A stretch of DNA of 64,000 nt from Octopus sinensis (lineage: Eukaryota). Position numbers and translations under genes: made by a program. Under the pieces are notes generated by a model, which was given only the letters and a program-made list of their open reading frames with translations, was not told the origin of the DNA and did not search any database. The stretch spans positions 84,506,001-84,570,000 of the forward strand of contig NC_043001.1 in the NCBI RefSeq assembly GCF_006345805.1, written 5' to 3'. This document shows, piece after piece, positions 38,789 to 51,452 of the stretch. Within the stretch, counting starts at the first letter, position 1. Each line of letters opens with the position of its first letter.

Positions 38789-40791
38789 CAGAATGCAGCA
38801 CTTGTTGGTCTGGACTGTTACAGTGAGAAGATGTGAGTTTCGGCTCTGAGAATAGAAAAAAAAGAAAAAGAAAAATTGTCTATTATGGCTCGCTATAGCG
38901 AGCAAAATACTGGTTTCTCATCACCGTAACGGTGAATTGAGAATTTTTGCTTGGAAATTCTTTTTGTAAATTCTAGTGGGCGTATCTCGCCAGAAAAATA
39001 AGAATAAGCCATTTGGATTACCTTTTTGGAGTATTATACAAATGATTCCCTGTCTGTGCTATTTGTGAAGTTTTTCTTTTACTTTTCCCTTCTTCTATTT
39101 TTTTCTTTCTTTCTAAATTTTGGTTTATTCTTTTCATTACTTTAATTTCAGTTTCCTCCCCTCCTCTTTTATTTTGTTTTATTTTTATTTGGTTTAATTT
39201 TTTGGCAGACTGTCTTTTGAACTACTTTTGAACTGTTTTTTGACATGGCAGAGAAGGAACTTAAAAAGAAATACTCTGTCTTAGAGTGGGAAATTAACCC
39301 GCCTAAGCAGTGGTTAAAAGATATGGAGGAGAAGACGATGGTACTTAGAACTTATTCCAAATTTCTTAATTCCATCACCGTCTTCCCAAAACAAGTCATA
39401 AAAAATTAACTTAAAGAATATTTGTCTTCTTTAAAATATATATCCGTGGTGTCAAACATGCAACCGTGTGGTTGCTGTTTGACAACGGGGAAAAGGCTCG
39501 CCAGTTTGCGAGTCAGCCTTTAGAAGGCAAGGAAATTCTGTTCCTTCCGTCATATTGTGGAAGAAAATTAATACAAGCCTGGGTATGTGGGTTACTCCCA
39601 GGCACCGAAGCGGATTGGATTGAAGATACTATCCGACGGGAACTGGGGGATGGCGGGCCCAGGCTCTTAAATGTAAGGCTATTGCCGGCGGTCGATTGAG
39701 AAGGGTCAAAAGTGATTTTGACCCTGTGGACCCCATCGGCCGCAACAGATCTGGTTTTTCCAGATTTCTTGAAAATGGCTGGCTGCAGGTATCCGGTGAT
39801 ACTTGAGGGACGTCCCCCCAAGTGTCACTCGTGCCTGCAGCCTGGCCACATTAAAAGGAACTGCTCCCAGGACAATGGTAAGGTCCTGGAGCAGTCACTA
39901 GATGCCACCTCCCCTACCCGGTCAAAGGGAGCGGTGGATGTGGTCGAGGAGGCTTCAGCCTCCTCAACTCAAAAAGGATTAAAAAGGAAGAAGGCGGGCA
40001 ACAATAGTTGCCCGCCGAGGGAACCTAAGGCTTCGGGAGGCGGGGGAGAGTCTCCGGACAAAGCGGAAGAGCGCCACTCTCCCGAAGTCAGGAAGAAAAG
40101 AAAAAAAAGAAGGAAGAACGGGTCATCTCAGCGGGGAGATGATGTGCCGTCTGCATGTCCCGAAGTTGTGCCACCCACAGTGGAAGAAACCAATCTTTTT
40201 CTATAAGGGCGGGGAGGTGGAAAATAGTAGAAGAACATAAAGAGACAGTAGATATGCATGGGATCCCGAATGGCCTCCGCAGATAGCTGTGGAGGTCATA
40301 AGGTTTCCCTTGTGGGAAAGGCTTAAAGGATTTGGGGAGGAGTGTCGCATATGGCCGGGCGGCCCTTACACGACTTACATGTTCTACATGAGTGAGGCAT
40401 GGGAAATGGCGGGATACAGGAACTCAAGTGGCATTGAAGATAATGATGAATATATCGATGGATATATCGAAGAGTAGGAGGTGAAAGACCCTCGTTATAG
40501 GGTTGAAACCACATCTTATTGTATTATTTGTAGTGGTTTATAACCTCAATTGTGTGTTTAAAAAAAACATGTTAAGTAAGAGGTGTTAGTGCCTCCTTCT
40601 AGTAAGAGGTTTGAAACCTCATATTGATTTTTAAAAAAGAAAATATGTTTTCGAGAAAAATCCAATCGACGGGTGTTGGGTTTCGTCTCTCATTAATTCA
40701 TTCTATTTCATTTTCATTCATGAATGTGTTTGTTCAGCCCGCAAAGCTACACACTCTTTGTACTGTCTATGATGACAAATTTTATGAAATA
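38789..40791 (+). mobile_element. ORF1-only L1/Tx1-like non-LTR element (HAL1-like) inserted into a SINE A
   Basis: Disrupted ORF from ATG 39245 with CX2CX4HX4C knuckle (CHSCLQPGHIKRNC); no APE or RT; AATAAA at the 3' end; 16-bp TSD (14/16 match) at 38773-38788 and 40792-40807; the host SINE resumes exactly. Confidence 0.7.
39245..40477 (+). pseudogene. ORF1 (gag-like, zinc-knuckle) pseudogene
   Basis: MAEKELKKKYSVLEWEINPPKQWL..EGRPPKCHSCLQPGHIKRNC..basic tract; stops and frameshifts. Confidence 0.65.
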
Positions 40792-41176
40792 AAGAAGCTT
40801 GTTTACCAACCACATGGTTTCGGGTTCAGTCCCACTGCGTGGCACCTTGGGCAAGTGTCTTCTACTATAGCCTCGGGCCGACCAAAGCCTTGTGAGTGGA
40901 TTTGGTAGACGGAAACTGAAAGAAGCCCGTCGTATATATGTATATATATGCGTGTGTGTCTTTGTGTGTGTGTGTGTTTGTCCCCCTAGCATTGCTTGAC
41001 AACCGATGCTGGTGTGTTTATGTCCCCGTTACTTAGCGGTTCGACAAAATAGACCGATAGAATAAGTACTAGGCTTACAAAAGAATAAGTCCCGGGATCG
41101 AGTTGCCCGATTAAAGGCGGTGCTCCAGCATGGCCGCAGTCATATGACTGAAACAAGTAAAAGAGTAAAGAGTAAG
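40792..41176 (+). mobile_element. 3' part of the SINE A interrupted at 38788
   Basis: Continues the consensus from AAGCTTGTTTACC|AACCACATGG; the 5' part is at 38751-38788. Confidence 0.85.
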
Positions 41177-41189
41177 AGTATATATATAT

Positions 41190-42398
41190 ATACACAAAAA
41201 TTCTATAATTGTATATATATATACAAAAATTCTATAATTACAAGCATAATTATAATTAGGGTTCAGCAAATTAATTCACCACATACCGAAATTTAGAAAT
41301 AGCAGTTAAATACTATTTCTCTACCATAAGATATCTCCCAGACAGCAATACTCTTATTTTCTGTGGGGTTACTCGTAACACACGAGGGTGATTGGGGAAG
41401 AATGTGAGTTCTCACTTGTCTGTATATATTCTGAAGTGCTGGTTTTGGGATATTATTTATTCGATGTCGCTTGATCGAATACGTATTTAATTATTAGCAC
41501 TCTCAAATTTACAATTGAAATACTACACTGAAGAAGGAAATAAGTGAGTAAAAATTAAAATTTTACATCTCTTTAATCCAGAAACGTGTATGGTAGATTC
41601 GTAATTTTTTCTCTTTAGCTACGTAAAACATGAGTATTGCTGTCTGAGAGGTACCTTATGGTTGAGGAATAGTACTTAACTGCTATTTTTAAATTTCGGT
41701 ATGTGGTGAAGCAATTTGCTGAACCCTAATTATAGTTATGCTTATAATTATAAAATTTTTGTATGATGTTGCCGATAAGGTTATTTTAACATACCGAACT
41801 ACTTGGTAAAATTATCAGTTATTAATTAATTAATTAATTAATTAATTTTACCCTTTATGGTTATTGAAAATATAATTCACTCCCTGATGGTAAACTGCGG
41901 TTTCTGCTGGATTACTCGTAACACACGAGGGTAATTGGGGAAGAATGCGAGTCCTCACTCGTCTGTATAAATTCGGAGGTGCTGGTTTTGGGATATTAGT
42001 TATTCGATGTCGCTTGGTCGAATACGTATTTAATTATTAGCACTCTCAAATTTACAATTGAAATACTACACTGAAGAAGGAAATAAGTGAGTAAAAATAA
42101 AAATTTTACATCTCTTTAATCCAGAAACGCGTATGTGGTTAATCAAAGCCGGGTAGATTCGTTATTTTTTCTCTTTACCTACGTAAAAAAGAGTATTGCT
42201 GTCTGGGAGATATCTTATGGTAGAGGAATAGTATTTAACTGCTACTTCTAAATTTCGGTATGTGGTGAAGCAATTTGCTGAACCCTAATTATAATTATGC
42301 TTATGATTATAGAAATTTTTATAAGGTTACTGATAAAGGTTATTTTAACATACCAAACTACTTGGTAAAATTATTAATTATTAATTATTAATTAATTG

Positions 42399-42405
<7 letters not shown>
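41190..42405 (+). mobile_element. PLE-like non-autonomous element: tandem ~490-bp units plus an inverted terminal segment, each unit with a hammerhead-like motif
   Basis: 41360-41845 is similar to 41905-42400; 41190-41350 is the inverse of 41632-41765; motifs at 41523-41596 and 42066-42138. Confidence 0.65.
42066..42138 (+). ncRNA. Minimal hammerhead-like motif
   Basis: CTACA-CTGAAGA-AGGA..TCCA-GAAA-CGCG-TA-TGTGG; ACGCGT palindromic stem III, GUA triplet, A.A mismatch at 10.1/11.1. Confidence 0.5.
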
Positions 42406-42434
<29 letters not shown>

Positions 42435-42529
42435 ACCAAACAAGAAGAAGCAAGGAAAAAAAACAACGCAAGGACGTGGACAAGTACTGTGTTATTGCAC
42501 GCTCAGAAAAGGAAAATAAAATAAAGAGG

Positions 42530-42564
42530 ATTTCACGTTTCGAGCGGAGCTCTTCATCAGAAAT
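42530..42564 (-). ncRNA. Minimal hammerhead motif with inactivating G17
   Basis: rc ATTT-CTGATGA-A-GAGC(TCC)GCTC-GAAA-CGT-G-AAAT, in a repeat related to the PLE terminal region at 14.5-14.8 kb. Confidence 0.5.
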
Positions 42565-43529
42565 ATAGAAAAAGTCCAAAGAAGGGAAGACGGAGGAAGA
42601 AAATCGCCAACAATACGCACGAGGTCATGAGTGTATGTGTATATCTGTTTGTATGCATGTATGTACACAGGATAATAGAATAAGGAGAGAAAGAAAAGGG
42701 GAGAGAACGTTTTTATTATCACCTACTTTTCTTCCTTCTTCGATGGGTGGAAAAACAAATACCAGTAATACAAGGTAATATATGTATTTGATTAAATGTT
42801 TTACCATGAGAAAAAAATGGTAACTGTTATAGAGTTGCCCGCGTGGTTATACAAGAAGAGAAGACAGGATCAGCATCCACATCCAGCAAATAAAGAACAT
42901 GCAGTTATCATAAATCAGTATATGTATACCCGTATACATGTGCGTTTGAGTCTGTGTCTGTATGTGTATGCGTTTGTGTGTGACACTTTCCCAGTCGTCA
43001 TACTTGAGGAATGTTGTTTTCCACTTTACTGTTACATGTTGAAAGATCACATTCCGCTTACTATTTATTCATAACTCTAACTTCAAAACGCGCATGAATA
43101 AATGCATTTAATATTCCCACTCATAGCAAACAAATATCTCTTTTAATTTGAACAATTAAGAAACACTGTGATATAAACTCAGCATTTTAGAATAACCTAT
43201 TTCAAGAAAGCTATTAATTACCTTCTTATCGTAAATCTTGACAGATTTACATCAGAGTATCATGTATTATATCTTTAAAAATAATTCGGGACAATAATGC
43301 TAAACACATAATACAGGTTTCTATCAAATACCAAACAAAAGAGCTGTCTTTATCGCCTGTATTTTATGGATTTGACTTTCTGTTAACGTTAATGCGGAGG
43401 AGGGTATAAAAGAATGTGTAAGAGTTTGAAGAGATCGTTCTGGTCTTCTAACTTTATACCTGTCTGTCCTTCAGTTTCTCCGTCTCTCTGTCTGTCTGTC
43501 AGTCTCCCTCTCTTCTCTCTTTCACACAA

Positions 43530-43581
<52 letters not shown>

Positions 43582-43899
43582 TCTCTGTCATTCAGTCAGT
43601 CTCTTAATTAGTCAGTCAGTCTGTCTGTTTGTCACCCAGCCCCACTGTTTTTGTCTTATTCCTTTCTCTGAATACTTCTGTATTATTTTGTTGAAATTTA
43701 TTCACCATTGTCTCTATGGTCACATTTATCTCCTTTTATCTCTGGAACACCTTACTGCCACTCCATCACCGCCTTGGTATCAACCCTACAAAGCTACCAC
43801 AACAGGGAGAACCACAATAAAGTTACTCTCTTATCACCACGCTGCCACCACCACTATACTGTTATTACAACGTTTATCAACCATGAGCCCCCTCCCCCT

Positions 43900-44200
43900 G
43901 TGCCCAAGGATCGACTTACTAAGTTTCTTTCGTATTGTGCTACATGCATACAATCAGCCAGGTTCTTGGTTCCAGTCAATTCTTTGACGGCGTCAATTGA
44001 CAAACGCGTTTTGAGCGCCTCTTCGCTTTCACAATTCCTGTCAGGATGGTTTTCAGCAGTGACATCTGATACACAGTATATCCAAAATATAACAGCTCCA
44101 TGGACTTGATTCTCGACAAAATGTATCCTTTGACTTTCAGCTGTTTTAGTGTTGCCGTTGTAACAGAAGCTATAATTGTAATTTGGGCCTCGAGTACTAG
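43900..44200 (-). mobile_element. RTE LINE 3' fragment
   Basis: ILSRIKSMELLYFG..LKTILTGIVKAKRR..IDAVKELTG. Confidence 0.55.
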
Positions 44201-45749
44201 ACTAATGAAATATAACCCACTAGATTCCAGCAATGAAGAAAAGAACTCGTAACTTGTTTTACTTGGATAAGTATTATAACAATCAGCTGTATCTTAGACA
44301 AAAAACCTGGGCGGGAACGCACACATGGAAGAGAGACTGGTTTTGCAGGATAATGCCAGGTTAAACGCCATGTTCATTTGCCAAAACGTTCAGGTGCTGA
44401 AACGTTAAGGGGCTAAAAAGTTTTTAGTCGTCTTATTCCCTAATATCTGCAACATTTGTTACTCTGTTTTTCCAGCTCATACTGCTCAATCTGCAAGAGA
44501 TTCACATCTCAAAGGACCCTGTGTTTTTTTTTCCGTAGCTGAGTACATTGATCAAATCACTGCACTATAAAAGACAATTGGTGTAATATAATAGTTTCAA
44601 GCCTCCAGTTTAGGTGCAGTATTACGTCTTTATCGGAGAAGATCTTTTTCATTCTTTCAGACGTTTTAGTTTTACTTACTCTTGATATAATTTCTTCTTC
44701 GCAGTGATCTTTGAATTATTTTTCTTCTTCGGCCTCGCTGCTTACGCGTATTCCTATGATTCACTGTCGCCATCCAATTCCATTGCTATGAATTTGAATT
44801 GGGAGACTGAGTCATACTGAATCTTTATTTGCTGATTACACAACCATGGACACCACCCCTATGGATGCATTGCAGTTACTCTCATAATAGAGCTTGGTGA
44901 TCCTGATCTAGGATTACTCTACACAGCATCGACGTAAAAAGCACCGATGCCTCTGTTGAGCTCTTCTGCTACCTTTTCCCAATCCGCCATGCCGCAGTCC
45001 CATAACTTCGCCGTATCCCTGACAGGGTGGCTGAACGGATGCTATACCTTGCCAGAGGGCAACCCATAACTATACAGGGCACAATCGTCACTACGTGAGG
45101 TGCTTTCATATTAGCCGCTCTCCAATGATTTGTTATTTGTCCTTAATGCTTAAAATATATTTACCTGTCCAAGCTTCTGTCTGTCTACTTTTATGTTTGC
45201 TACCTCATCACTGTTGTGAAACTCTTACCATTTCAATGTTAAATCAACGCTGTTTAAATCATATTCTTACCTCAGTCCTCTATTATCGTTTATATATTAG
45301 TTTTGCAAGATTCCTGATGTGAACTCGTGTGTTGAAACGTCTCCCGGGATGGAGAGCCACTGAAGAGATCACAAGATGTGTGACGAGAGAATTCAGACAA
45401 GAAACTCTAAAATATGAACGATAATAAAGCTGAAGTAATGATTATACAATGTGTGCGTTTATTTGGCCAAAAATAAACCATCACGAATTATAACCATACC
45501 CTTTATCACCATTTCGTTACTAAAATACACCTAGCTCTACACTACTACCGCCATACATATTTTCTCAATACTATTAACACTATATTACAACTACACAAAA
45601 TTATTACCACAACACACATATACACCCGAAATTGATAGTGGCATCGTCTTCTTATGCTCAAGCAATTACTAACACCAACAAAATTATTGTCACCACATCG
45701 TTGGTTTATTGGGGTTACAATCCGCACCACAACCACTACCTCCACAATA

Positions 45750-45779
45750 CAATAACTGCCACCATCACCATCACCAGCT

Positions 45780-45822
<43 letters not shown>

Positions 45823-46015
45823 CATCACTGTTACTAGAACTACTACTACTACTACTACTACCATCACTGTTACTAGAACAACAATTACTACTACTACTAT
45901 ACTACTACTACTACTACCATCACTGCTACTAGAACAACAATTAATACTACTACAAACACTACAACCACCACCACGACCACCACTACTACCACAACTGCGA
46001 CTATTACTACTATTA
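45750..46015. repeat. (ACT)n compound microsatellite
   Basis: Direct reading. Confidence 0.95.
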
Positions 46016-46598
46016 TAACCACGAAAGCTAGCTAGAGTCTGAATATGAACTATCGACACTTTATGCAGTGTAGAAGTACCCTGAGTCAGTCGAGTTCACT
46101 TTTGTTTGTTACCAGTTCTTGTCGAAGGTATAGAACAATGTTTTAAATGACATAATACAAGAGTACATTTCGCCCGTTTCTGAAAGCAATAGAACGCTGC
46201 GTAACGTGAAACGGAACAGAACGCATTTGTGAAGCGAAATGAAGTATTTCAAACTTAAAAAAAGCTGGTAGCTACATCACTAAAGCGTGTTACTCAACAA
46301 TATTCATTCTCATTGATTTCCCAATGCTTGCTAAGCGTAGAACAATTTTTTTTTACTTAGTCAAGGACACATGCATTCGATCGATTTTTGTTTTCTACTG
46401 TTATCTACTGAAAAGATTACGTAAGATGTATCGATGCATGGAGACGAACACCAACGTTCCATGCAATAAGCTTGAAAAATGTGAAGAGATATACCACTCT
46501 TAACGTGAAATCAATGATAGCCTGGCTAACACACAAATAAAGAGTATTTAACCACCAATGAAGTATTGAGCATTCATTCTCGCTGTTTGATACATACA

Positions 46599-46634
<36 letters not shown>

Positions 46635-46696
46635 TATGTATATATATATGCATACATACATACACACGCACACACACACACACATATATATATATA

Positions 46697-46744
<48 letters not shown>

Positions 46745-47335
46745 AAACTGAAATGTGTTTTTACCGCTTGGTTCGCTTTCAATGCCACTACATCCCGTCC
46801 GATTCGCTCCAAAATTTACACGGACATGTAGAATGAGGTGACGATGCGCGTGGGCTACCTTACAAATCCCTATCTTAAAAGGTGTGGTTGCTAGGGGCCA
46901 TCTTCCTACCTCACCCTATTTCCTCCAGTACTCTGTCACTCCTCTTCATAACTTTCAGAAGTCCACTACGGTTATTTAAAGTATCTGTCACTATCGCTAT
47001 TTCCTTTCTTTTTCACTGACTCTGTTTCCTACCTTCCTATCACTTCGCCGACGTTCTTTTAAGTATATGTCTGTCACCAACAATCAACACACGAGCATGA
47101 GAACAAATATTATGAATCAGATATTATTGCGTTCATTTATATGTGTGTGTGTGTGTGTGTGTGTGTTCTATATATATATATGTATATATAATGTATATAT
47201 ACAAAGTGTATATATCTGTATTTATGTATATTAAACTTTTTCATAGTTATATATATTTTTAAACAAATTATAAATATAATTTAATAATTTTTATTTTCAA
47301 TTTAAATAATTTAAAGTTTTCAATTTTATATTTTA

Positions 47336-48349
47336 CTAGCAGTATCGCCCGGCGTTGCTCGGGTTTGTAAGGGAAATAACTATATAAGCATTTTTAGTGA
47401 GTTATAGCAAAAAAATAGCAAAAAATGCATTAAAAATGGAATAAAAAATTATTGTAAATTTTTTTTTAAATCGTTGACTCATCGTAGACATTTTTAGAGA
47501 GTTACTTCCCTTATATAATAGCGAAAAATGCATTAAAATGGAATAAAAAATGATGGTAATTTTTTTTTAATCGTTGACTCATCGTAGACATTTTTAGAGA
47601 GTTACTTCCCTTATATAATTGCGGAAAATGCATTAAAATGGAATAAAAAATGATGGTTAATTTTTTTTTAATCGTAGACTCATCGTAGACGCGCGCTAAT
47701 ACCCAGAAGGGCTCGATATGAATCACGACTATAAGATACCCGGTTTTGGTTACACTGCACCGCAAAATGTGGGAGTAGTTAGGAATCTAAATCCTAGGAG
47801 ACAGACACACAACCTTACTTTTATATATAAAAATTTGTGCAACAACTAAAACATTCGGTTGTGCAAATTGTTTGCACAGGAAACCTGCCCTGTGTGGCGG
47901 TTTTTGCCGTTTTTGTGGATCCGTTTCAGCTTTTTTAGCGATTTCTGTTTTGGCGACTTCAAGCCATGAAGTCGTTGTTCTAAAAGAACGCTGGTCTCCT
48001 TGACAACGCATTACGACGTTGATTTCCTTACACTCCCTTCCCCACAGCTTCACGAGGGAGGGAAGAAGGGGGAGAAGCAACACAGGTGCAGGCGTGAGCG
48101 TGGACGCCAACTCCGCCGCCATCGACACACGAAAAAATATGCATTAAAATGGAATAAAAAATGATGTTAAATTATTTTTAAAATCGTAGACTCATCGTAG
48201 ACGCGCGCTAATACACAGACGGGCTCGATATGAATCACGACTATAAGATACCCGAATTTGGTTAAACTGCATCTCAAAATGTGGGAGTAATTAGGAATCT
48301 AAATCGAAGGGGACAGACACTCACACAACTACAGTTTTATATATATAGA
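47336..48349 (-). mobile_element. Composite Helitron with two 5' modules and internal tandem repeats
   Basis: 3' CTAG at 47336-47339 with hairpin; outer 5' TC at 48348-48349; inner decayed 5' end at 47831; 47620-47830 is similar to 48135-48349. Confidence 0.75.
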
Positions 48350-48492
48350 TATATTTTCTATGTTATATTTTCTTTTTTTATGTTTTTGTTTTTGGTTTTT
48401 CACTGTTTGATTTGCCTATTAGTGGTTTTATCTCTAATTTAATTTATACAGATATATATCTCATTTGTATACATTTGTATATATAATGCGTG

Positions 48493-48528
<36 letters not shown>

Positions 48529-49353
48529 CACATATATATATGTGTGCATTACGTAGTCGGTCGATTCACCTGAAAATATGCACACCTATGTTAAAGGTGC
48601 TGACAAGTTTGCATCACAACTATTTTGTTCCTCAAATGAAAGGCGTCACCTCTAGGACAAAATTCCTCATCTTATAAAATGTGGCCCCAGTACACCCGAA
48701 TGAAATCGGGTTATATTAACCAAAATGTGAAAAGGGGTCTAAATGGGGCTGGAAGGGGATTAAAATTTCAAAGAGTGGGTGTTTAGCAATTCTCTGTTGC
48801 ATCAAGCTAAAAAATTTGCGCCAGCCTTTTAATCGTCAATGTGTTGCCGTCCATGATAAAGAAGTTTTGAATGCTTGCCATGGTGAGTTTACTGTCGTGA
48901 GAAAGAATCACTTCAAAAATTGGTGTTTACGAATTTTCTTTTACATCAAGTTCAAAATTTTACGCCAGCTGTTAAACTGTCACTACGTTGCTGTCCGTCG
49001 TTAACAAATGCCAGCCATGGTGACTCTACTATCCTCAGATTCTATCCCTTCAAACTTTGGTTTCCAATATTTTATTACTTTTATTCAGCTCGCAAGTTCG
49101 TCTGTCCCTTTTGAATGTTAGCGTTTTGCTGTCTGCCTTGAAGCAGACCTTTCCATTGCCACTGCCTCATATTTCTGATTGATCTTTCTAAATATTTTAT
49201 TTCACAACTTACTCAAGATCTTCTGTTGTTTAGAAATGGGAGAGAGATAGATAAAGATAGAGAGTAAGAGAACGCGAGGGAGAGTCAGAGAGAAAAGAAA
49301 AGTAAGAGAGTGGGAAAGTGAGAGAGAAAGGAGAGAGAAATAAATACGGAGAA

Positions 49354-49665
49354 TCATCATCATCATCATCGTTTCACGTCCGTTTTCCGTGCTAGCACGG
49401 GTTGGGCAGTGTGACCGGGGTCTCGGAAGCCAGGAGGCTGCACCAGGCTCCAGTCTGATCTGGCAGTGTTTCTACAGGTGGATGACCTTCCTAACGCCAA
49501 CCACACTGTGAGTGTAGTGAGTGCTTTTTTCGTGCCGCCGGCACTGGTGCCAGGGGGGCTCGCAGTGGAAACGATCGGGTGGTGCTTTTTACGTGCCACC
49601 AGCACAGAAGCAAGTCAAGGCGGTGCTGCAATCGGCCACGTTCGGATGGTGCTTTTTACGTGCTG
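49354..49665 (-). mobile_element. RTE-related short retroelement with (GAT)n tail
   Basis: (CAT)n followed by CGTTT.ACGTCCGTTTTCC..GGATG.CCTTCCTAACGCCAACC, a typical RTE-type 3' end. Confidence 0.5.
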
Positions 49666-49746
49666 AAAGGAAGCAACAGAAAGTAACACCCACGCTCTTA
49701 CCCGCGCGTAGAGCGGGTCACCTTCAGCTAGTATATATATATATAT

Positions 49747-50471
49747 AATTGAATAAGGGTAGAAATTGATATTAATCAATTAAAACCAGTGGCCTAACAT
49801 ATTAAAGAAATCCGAAGATTAAAATATTTTTACATACAAAATTTAAAGGACTGACCGCTAAATGTGGACGGTCAATATGCCAGATATAGACGTCAAAATC
49901 GCTATTTTCCACGAAGAGTGTGTTCTCAAGTAAAAACTCAGCACAAAACCAAAGTGTAAAAAAAAAAAAAGTAAGACAAATGAAAATATACGAAATAATA
50001 ACGATTACCTATGTACCGATCAGTTTCGCTTGTTAATATCCAAGCATATGGATACGTGGAAATCTGCAAGCTCATCAGCATAGTCTGTCGTATACAAACA
50101 TAATTTCCAGAACTAGATAAAAAAACGCTTGACCGGAGTCCCGCAAGCATAGAGTTCAACAAATTATATTTATGTGTATCCTTCAAATGCCTTCACTTTG
50201 GCCCGCTGAGATCGGAAATCTACCCAGCAGTTAATAAACTACAGCAGTCAATTTACCGGTTAGAGAACATTTTTTTATTATTTAAAATTGAATAAGGGTA
50301 GAAATTGATACTAATCAATTAAAACCAGTGGCCTAGCATATTAAAGAAATCCGAAGATTAAAATATTTTTACATACAAAATTTAAAGTACTGACCACAAA
50401 ACGTGGACGGTCAATATGCTAGATTTAGACGTCAAAATCGCTATTTTCCACGAAAAATGTGTTCTCAAGTA
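49747..50471 (-). mobile_element. Hammerhead-bearing element with 186-bp direct repeats (retrozyme/PLE pseudo-LTR-like; 539-bp monomer)
   Basis: DR1 49747-49932, DR2 50286-50471; canonical HHR in the unique part; no ORF. Confidence 0.7.
50009..50083 (-). ncRNA. Type I hammerhead ribozyme, canonical core
   Basis: rc CTATG-CTGATGA-GCTTG(34 nt)CAAGC-GAAA-CT(GATC)GG-TA-CATAG; GUA triplet, palindromic GATC loop III. Confidence 0.85.
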
Positions 50472-50953
50472 TTTTTTTTTCGATTAGATTCATTATTATT
50501 ATTACTAATATTGTTGTTATACATACATACAAGCATATGTAATGATAATAATGGGTGGATGTAAACACATGAACAAAATTAGAACAAAAGCAACAACAAC
50601 AAAAACAAAATACAAATTACATGAATGTATATAAACAGAAGATACAAATATTACAGGCATCCCCCCCACACACACACTAAATAAACATAGACGCACATAG
50701 AGATATAAGCATGCGCAAATGAAGACATACAATAGAAATACAAAATGGCTGACGGTTAGTAAGGAGAGACACAAATACGAAAGAAGAAAACAAAGGACCA
50801 CTGATGCGGTCACAGGAGTGTGACGAAAGAACTCTGGCTGAAATAAGATTAAGATTAATGCAAAAAATAAATATCACTGAAGCAAAATAACACCAAATAT
50901 ATAGTGCGTGTGTTTTTATTGGCTAAACTGGCAATATGACCATTCCGAAATAT

Positions 50954-51002
<49 letters not shown>

Positions 51003-51054
51003 ACATATATGTATATAAATATACATATGTGTGTATGTGTGTGTGTATGTGTGT

Positions 51055-51452
51055 ACCGTCTTGAAGAATTTTTAGTCGACCGAATCAACCACAGTCCTTA
51101 TTTTTTGAGACTGGTACTTATTTTATTGATATCGTTTGCAGAACCGCTAAGTTACGGGGACGTAAACACAGCAACACCAGCTGTCAAACGGTGAGTGGGG
51201 CTCAAGCACATACACACACACACATCCTCTCTCTCTCCCTCTCTCTCTCACACACACACACACCCTCTCTCTCTCCCTCACACACACACACGCACACACA
51301 TGCACATATACATGCATATATATATGAAGAGCTTCATTAAGTTTCCGTCAACCATATCCACTCACAAGGTTTTCGTTGGCCAGAAGCTATGGTAGAAACT
51401 GAAAACCATGTAGTTGGATAGGAAACTACTTACCAAACAGCCACACCTGCGT
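51055..51452 (-). mobile_element. Old SINE family A copy
   Basis: rc similarity to the family A head and body. Confidence 0.6.

Noticed and set aside
45357-45395. Hammerhead-like motif shared with 50798-50837
   Set aside because: Each copy has core substitutions and a weak stem I or III; counted only as decayed relics.
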